Assembly (NCBI GenBank): GCA_004764695.1
Contig: SMSO01000034.1
Span: forward strand, 496,001-560,000
From: Schizochytrium sp. TIO01
Lineage: Eukaryota; Protista; Bigyra: Labyrinthulomycetes
Length of the DNA: 64,000 nucleotides
Reading direction: 5' to 3'
The position numbers were made by a program, and so were the translations under genes. Below, in pieces: positions 57,878 to 64,000 of the stretch. The notes under the pieces are model-generated. The model worked only from the letters and a program-made list of their open reading frames with translations, ran no database searches and was not told the origin of the DNA. Each line of letters starts with the position of its first letter. The first letter of the stretch is position 1.

Positions 57878-59799
57878 CACTGATAGTTAAGACTCTCTAC
57901 TAACTCCCACTAAAGGAAGGCTTCGAAAGGTGAATCAGGTTCAGGTTTTGTGAGATAGATCTTACAGAGAACTTCGATTGGGCTTTGCTCATTCTGGTTC
58001 CTTCATTAAAGCTCTCTTATTCGTTGGTGTGTTTGTCTCAATGGCAAAAATCGTCGTCGTTGCGCAACCCATTTCCCCTCATTAGAGTGCTATTGAATAC
58101 TATTGTTAGGAGAATACATAAGTACTAGGTACTCTTTGCATATGAACAAAATCAAGAATTCCAATGCCATGCAAACCATAGACACATTGTTGGCACCAGG
58201 ATAGTTGACACAATATTGGAGGCTGTATACTAGTCTGCAGCTTACAAGCTGCAGATAGAAATATGCCGTGTATTAGAAATGCGCTATGTTTAGCAGAATG
58301 GGCTAATCAAAGGGTCTTGGTGGATTTAGCTCACACATGCTTTTTTAACATTGTTTTTGGCATGCGGGCTGGATAGTCAAAGCACGACACAAGATAGAAT
58401 TCTTGCGACTCCTAGAAGTTTTCGTAGAATGCCAGATGCGTTGTTTATTTTCAAGAAGTATCAGAAGGAGATAAATCCTACAAGCTACATGTTTTTTGAG
58501 CAAAATCCATGATATTTTGCCCCATGATTAATTTTATTTTTTCAGGGCTATAAAGAAGTTACACTAATGTTTCAAATTGTGCTTTCCTTCTGTTGATTGC
58601 ACAACAAAAGTAATAATAATCATGAAATATCTTTCGGGGACCATGATTCTGGGGTCACCCAACGAAGGAAATTATAGGCAAGACATCATCAGAGGCTTGT
58701 CGCGCAATATGATTGATCCTAAGAAATCAAAGTAGGTATATGAATAGAACTAAACCAACCGAGAAGACGATGAAATAAATATAGTAGTCCTCATATATTT
58801 TCAATAGAACCCAGGCAAGAAGATTTATTCTGAAAGAATGACTGAGAAAATAGACGAATGGACGTTTTCCCTTTGGACAATACAGACAATATAGCTACAA
58901 ATGCTGCGAGTTCCTGATAATGCTCAGCAATATCAAGGTGGAGAATAATTCCTAAAAGGTCTGAAAACAAAACGCGGCTACAATTACTTCGTCCAAAGAT
59001 AACAGTAAGTAAGCCTTATGTCTTGAATTTAACCAACCGCTTGATTGTTTGAAGTAGTCAAAAATGGTTTTTTGGTTAACCATAGAACTACTTTTTCGCA
59101 AGATCGAGCTTCACTCGAGCTCTTACTAAAGTTTTTTACTGAATACTCAACAATTGACATTGCGCAAAAATATATAAAATGAACGGAATCTAATGTTTGA
59201 TGGAATGTTTAGACGCACCTAATACTGAGGTTTCCTATCGAAGTGTTATGTAGTTGAGACAATGCTACAGTACCTGGTGTCTCATTATAATCCCACAAAG
59301 AGTAAGGACTTACATAAAATTCGACCTAGACAACCATATGCGTGGCTGTGAATTCAAGGTAGCTGGGAACTGAAATTCAACATATTGATTCCCTACTATT
59401 AAGTAATAGTCTTTTGGGGCTTCTCCTAATTATTACACGGATCATTCTACCCTCGATTTGCAGATCACTAACCCCAAAAGACATAGTTTATGAGACCTTC
59501 TTATGACTTATCTAGGCCTTCTTCAAGTATCTTTCTTTATATTCATAATTAATAGCTGACTAGATTCGTCTTTCAGCAAAATCCTAATATCAAATAACAT
59601 CTTTTATAATATCATTTATAAGGGTAGCAAATCTAATCTATTTAGAGTGCCCTCTATGCTTGGCTCCATATTTTCCGACCGCACCTAGCTAGTTGTAATT
59701 TAGCCTTTATTTAGTTAGCTTTTTCAAAGTGCTATCTTTAAAACGTAATATTCTTCTTTCTACACTGCCAGTCTACGACTTTCGGCCAATGCTTCCAGC

Positions 59800-62700
59800 A
59801 ACTGGTAAGGCTCGACACTAGTCTTAGTACCTGGAATCTGCTGAAAGACGAATCTGGTCAGGTAAAGCTTGACTATCAAAACAAAAGTAAGATGCTCGAG
59901 GAAGGCTCTAAGAAGGCTTTGTAAACTTTGGTTTCAAAAGTTAACAATTAGCTGTCCTGGAAGTGGATTCAAAGGCGACTGATCGATGTCGTAATTAGGA
60001 TTTTAAAACAGACATGATCTGTGTAAAATATAGCTAACAAAGTTAATTTAACTTACCTCTCTAACCATCATTTTAGATTCTGCTATACTTGATTCTAGCG
60101 GATGCATATGTACTCGTGGCTTTACAATTAATAAGATCTGAATGCCGAGTTCTATTGCATTTAAGCCCTAAAGCCTAAGGCCCCGCAATGGAGCACCTAG
60201 AACTCTGAAAATGCCTTGTCTCCTAGCTCCTTTGATTGGAGATCTCAGCAGACTCCAAGACATTTTTTATATTTATTGAATATGGGCAGCCTTGAGGCTG
60301 ATTAATCTCCCCCAAATTTATCGAGCATTAGAACTATCACTGCTTCAATTCTAATGGTCTGTCAAGGAGTAGCTATGATAGAAGTTATCTTGGGGTTTGC
60401 CAAATAAACAGAAGGTCCAAATCATCGAATCAACCTGAATCAAGGAAATATAGCATCCCTTTTTTGTAGAATTCATATTAATTCAATTGAAGTTATACGG
60501 ACCATGGTTGATGCGTGTCCCATACACCAAGCAGTCATCAACTCCGACTAATTATTTTCAGAATGTCTCCACCAGATATAATTTTCCCAGATTGAACTAG
60601 CCTGCTTTGACTTAACAAGATCTTTATCACAACTAACGCAGAAGCTTAGTCGTGGTCTTTTCTGTGGTTCGAAAAAGCTGTCGACGCACTTCTAAGTATG
60701 AGTCCCAGGAGAATCAACACTACGCAAATATTTTTCGCGATAATGACGAAATAGATAATATGAACGGGCTAGAAGTTTTTTTAGCAACTCCCTCCAAAAT
60801 GACTCTGCAATGCAAAACCTTTAGGTTCTTAAATGGAAGACCTCAAAATCTTTAATTAATGAAGTATAGGTGATGAAAGTTAACCCTTGACCAACCAGGG
60901 GTTGACGACGAATATGAAGCTACAGCTACTTAGAAAGGATACTACGACATGACTTTGCAAGACTTAAAGGAATAACTCTTTGCCACCATAACGCGTTTGC
61001 ATCCAAGGAACGAAGGGAACAAGGCAAACGTCGAGAGGAGTTTGCAAAGTAAATCAGACAGCAGACCCAAAATGCCCCAAGTGATCAGAAGCATTTGAAT
61101 CTACTCAAGCACAGTCAACAAGACAACCGACAATCCTAGTCTCAGTAGTAACTGGCATCATAGACATTTCTTCGTCTGAGTAATCATAATCACGTCTCAT
61201 TAACAGCGTTTAAGTACACGGTTAAACTTACTTACTAAGTTACCGTGTATTTCGGCTTGTCACATTAGTTATCCTTGAAGATTAGTTGGTCTATATTGTA
61301 ACTGGGAGATTAACACTTGGTCTGGACTACACAAAGAAACCCGAGAGTTTAGGTCAAATTATTTCCTCACATTGTAATTGAGGCTTGCACTTAAGATTCA
61401 CTTGATTAAGTGATACACGTTTAATCTCAAGTCCTTTTGGCCTTACACCTTTAGTCAAGTGTCTATGTTACTCAATCCCTACTAGTTTAGAACCTATAAA
61501 AGGGTGCCAAGACTCTGGTAATATCTTGTACATGTTAACCTTCGATAGGAAATCTCAGCATTGCCAGCAACTTATTTCACACATGAAGGTGGAAGAATAT
61601 TAGATTGATTGTATATTAGGCAATTCCAGAATACCCTGGACATAAGAAGTTCAAATTATGCGGGAGTTAAAATTTAGATTGCTACTAAATATCCAACGAT
61701 CTTCGTTCTCATTATAACGTTATAAATAGCATATTCAATTATCGTAATCGATACCAGGGTTTATTTTCTTCCCAGCTAGAGAGGGCTGGGAAGATAAAGA
61801 AAGGCATGACCCATTAAGATGTTAAGAATATATGTTAAGACCTTGTAAACTCAGGCTTTGAAAGTTAATGCTCCACTGATCTGAGGGAGATAGAGAGCAA
61901 GGTGGACTGAATCTGACTAGACATTGTTTGTGTCACATACAAGAAAAGAGTTAAGATTGATTCAGCCCCTTCTTCACTACTTCGAACTTCACTATCCGCA
62001 TTCTCTTGAAAATAGAATGAACCTTCACGCCCCGGTTTCTACAGTTTCCTTACCACATACTTAATTTCCAAGCTCATCTATTATACAGTATACAGTGCTT
62101 TAATACTAATTCAGGTTTGTCCTTACTTAATCCTTTAGTTGCCTAGTATAATTTCACTCTTGAGGTACCCTGGTCTCAACGCTTCGCCTCGATAGCCACG
62201 TTCTTATAATATGCAACGCCTAATAGTTCAGGACTTTTAATCGTAGCCAAGAGTATGCCAAGAACTCTGGTAACGTTCACATGACCCTTCGATTGATGAT
62301 CCCAGAACTGTCTTATGGCATTTTTGAACCATTATGGTTAAAGAGCAAGCCTAGGATAGAAAAATTTCTACTTGAATGGCTTGGAAATCGTCAGTGATCA
62401 ATGAAGTTGTATACAACTTAGATTGTTGGGGCTTAGGTAGACTTGCTAGAGGCTATCATTATGTCTTTATACATAGATGCTCAATTATGGAGGTGTTGGC
62501 ACCTGAATAGCTCCCAGTATAGTTGATCAGTTAGTGTAGGCCTATGCAAATATGAATATAAAAGCCTTCCAGCAGGAATTGAGATAATTCAGACTTATTG
62601 TTTGGATCTGTTAATCATATTCTCTCAAGCTGAGGTACTGAGGACTGTTGAAAAGAATGCGACCCAAAATTTTGTATAGCCAGTGCAAGCAACCCTGGGA

Positions 62701-63300
62701 ATTCTCAAATATTCAAAGCACAAGCAAGCCAACACGAAGCGAGATAGCTTCAGAGTATCTGCTAAAAGATGATTCTGGACAGCTTGAGATTGACTGTAAA
62801 GGCGAGGGTCTTTATGAAGTCTTTAAGAAGGTTGATTTCAGAGTTAGCAAACTGCTGTCCTGGAGAATGAAAGAGTTAGCAAACTGCTGTCCTGGAGAAT
62901 GAATTCCAGGAGAGATGGATTCATGTAGTAATTAAGGAGGCTAAGACATTCTTGGAAAAATTTTAGAGATAATTGATGGGGTTAGGTTAACTCACCCTCT
63001 TCAACCATCGATTCAAGTTACACCATACTTGGGTGCAGGTTATTTGTAGTCACACTTTTGATTCCTGACTCCGGCAGCCACATGAATCTGACGACCTACT
63101 CTTGTTCTATTGTATGCCCTATGTCTACGAGGGTTTTACAAAGGGACGCTGCCAAGAACTATAGTAGTGTCTTGTCCACTAGTCCCTTCGATTGGAAATC
63201 TCAGAAGTATCTTTATCATCTACATTTTGAGCGGATCCTACACTTGAATATGAAATAAATATCTGTGCTGTCCTTGTGCTCCTAATCTTTATCTTGCAAT
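59800..63300 (+). pseudogene. Tandem cluster of at least four decayed homologous coding segments (LRR-like)
   Basis: Motif PRTL(V/K)xxC...P(S/L)IG(N/D)L at 60196, 61507, 62258 and 63152; LLKD(E/D)SGQ block at 59838 and 62759. Many stops and frameshifts. Confidence 0.6.
62840..62903. repeat. Perfect 32-bp tandem duplication
   Basis: agagttagcaaactgctgtcctggagaatgaa twice (62840-62871, 62872-62903). Confidence 0.95.
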
Positions 63301-64000
63301 GTGAATCTTCGATGGTCTTGCATATCGGATGATGAAGCTTTACAAGAAATTACTTGGCGGTTCGTTTGATCTGAGATTTTCCTTGAAAATTAATCTAAGA
63401 ATTCAGAAAAAGTCTGAGGTATCTTAAAAGAAAGTCAAGAAATTGAAATTTATGTCATTGAATTCCTCATTTTGTGAGAAACACGCATGGTAGTTTTTTG
63501 AAGTCATAAAATTTAGAGCTCAGAAACGAAATAACCAAATCATGAATTCAAAGGCCATGGATTAGATAGAATAAGCAGCACATATCTATTCATTAATATC
63601 GAATGCGATGGGTATTCATTTCAAGGTTAGAAATAAATATGACCGGAAAGATGTCTTACTGTGCGCCATGTTTTGGTTTTCTGTTTTACTATTGGGCTAG
63701 TACAGTTTACTTGAATTCCGTTATACATAAATCTCAACTTGCAACGCTCTGCACAAACTCCACCATAGCTATGACAGACTACTTATGCCTTTATCTAACC
63801 TTAGATCTATGCGTGTTATAGTTATACCAAGTTGTCGCAGTAATCGTAGTTTCACTATGTGTATACTACGTAAGATTGAGCAGGAAATCAGTATAAATTT
63901 TTGTATATGGATATTTGGAATTACATTCAATTGCCTAGCTTGTTTAACTAGGTGTATTTCCCCCCAAATTTGACAACAATCTACATACCTTCTCTAGACG

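Overview
Eukaryotic, intron-poor nuclear DNA, tentatively a thraustochytrid/labyrinthulomycete stramenopile (inferred from PTxxPT-repeat proteins, microsatellite-rich spacers and gene set). Eleven protein genes are supported: an SLC13/DASS transporter, a mucin-like PT-repeat membrane protein, a 4-exon VTI1-like SNARE, MPPE1/Cdc1, a 2-exon RRP5 lacking its C-terminal TPR/HAT region, a 4-TM protein fused to a beta-adaptin appendage domain, DCAF1/VprBP, a stand-alone BLUF protein, a signal peptide-Kelch-PstS-coiled coil-TM protein, KdsA and an RDM1-like protein. Positions 1-11.8 kb, 43.6-55 kb and 58-64 kb have no convincing intact genes, but carry microsatellites and decayed coding relics, including four diverged copies of an LRR-like segment. 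The strongest candidates for novelty are (1) the Kelch-PstS surface protein, a possible eukaryotic phosphate receptor; (2) a ~220-nt box C/D RNA candidate in the RRP5 intron with three colinear segments complementary to the 18S rRNA 3' end (U13/snR45-like); (3) the apparently split RRP5. All calls come from reading motifs by eye; no searches were run.
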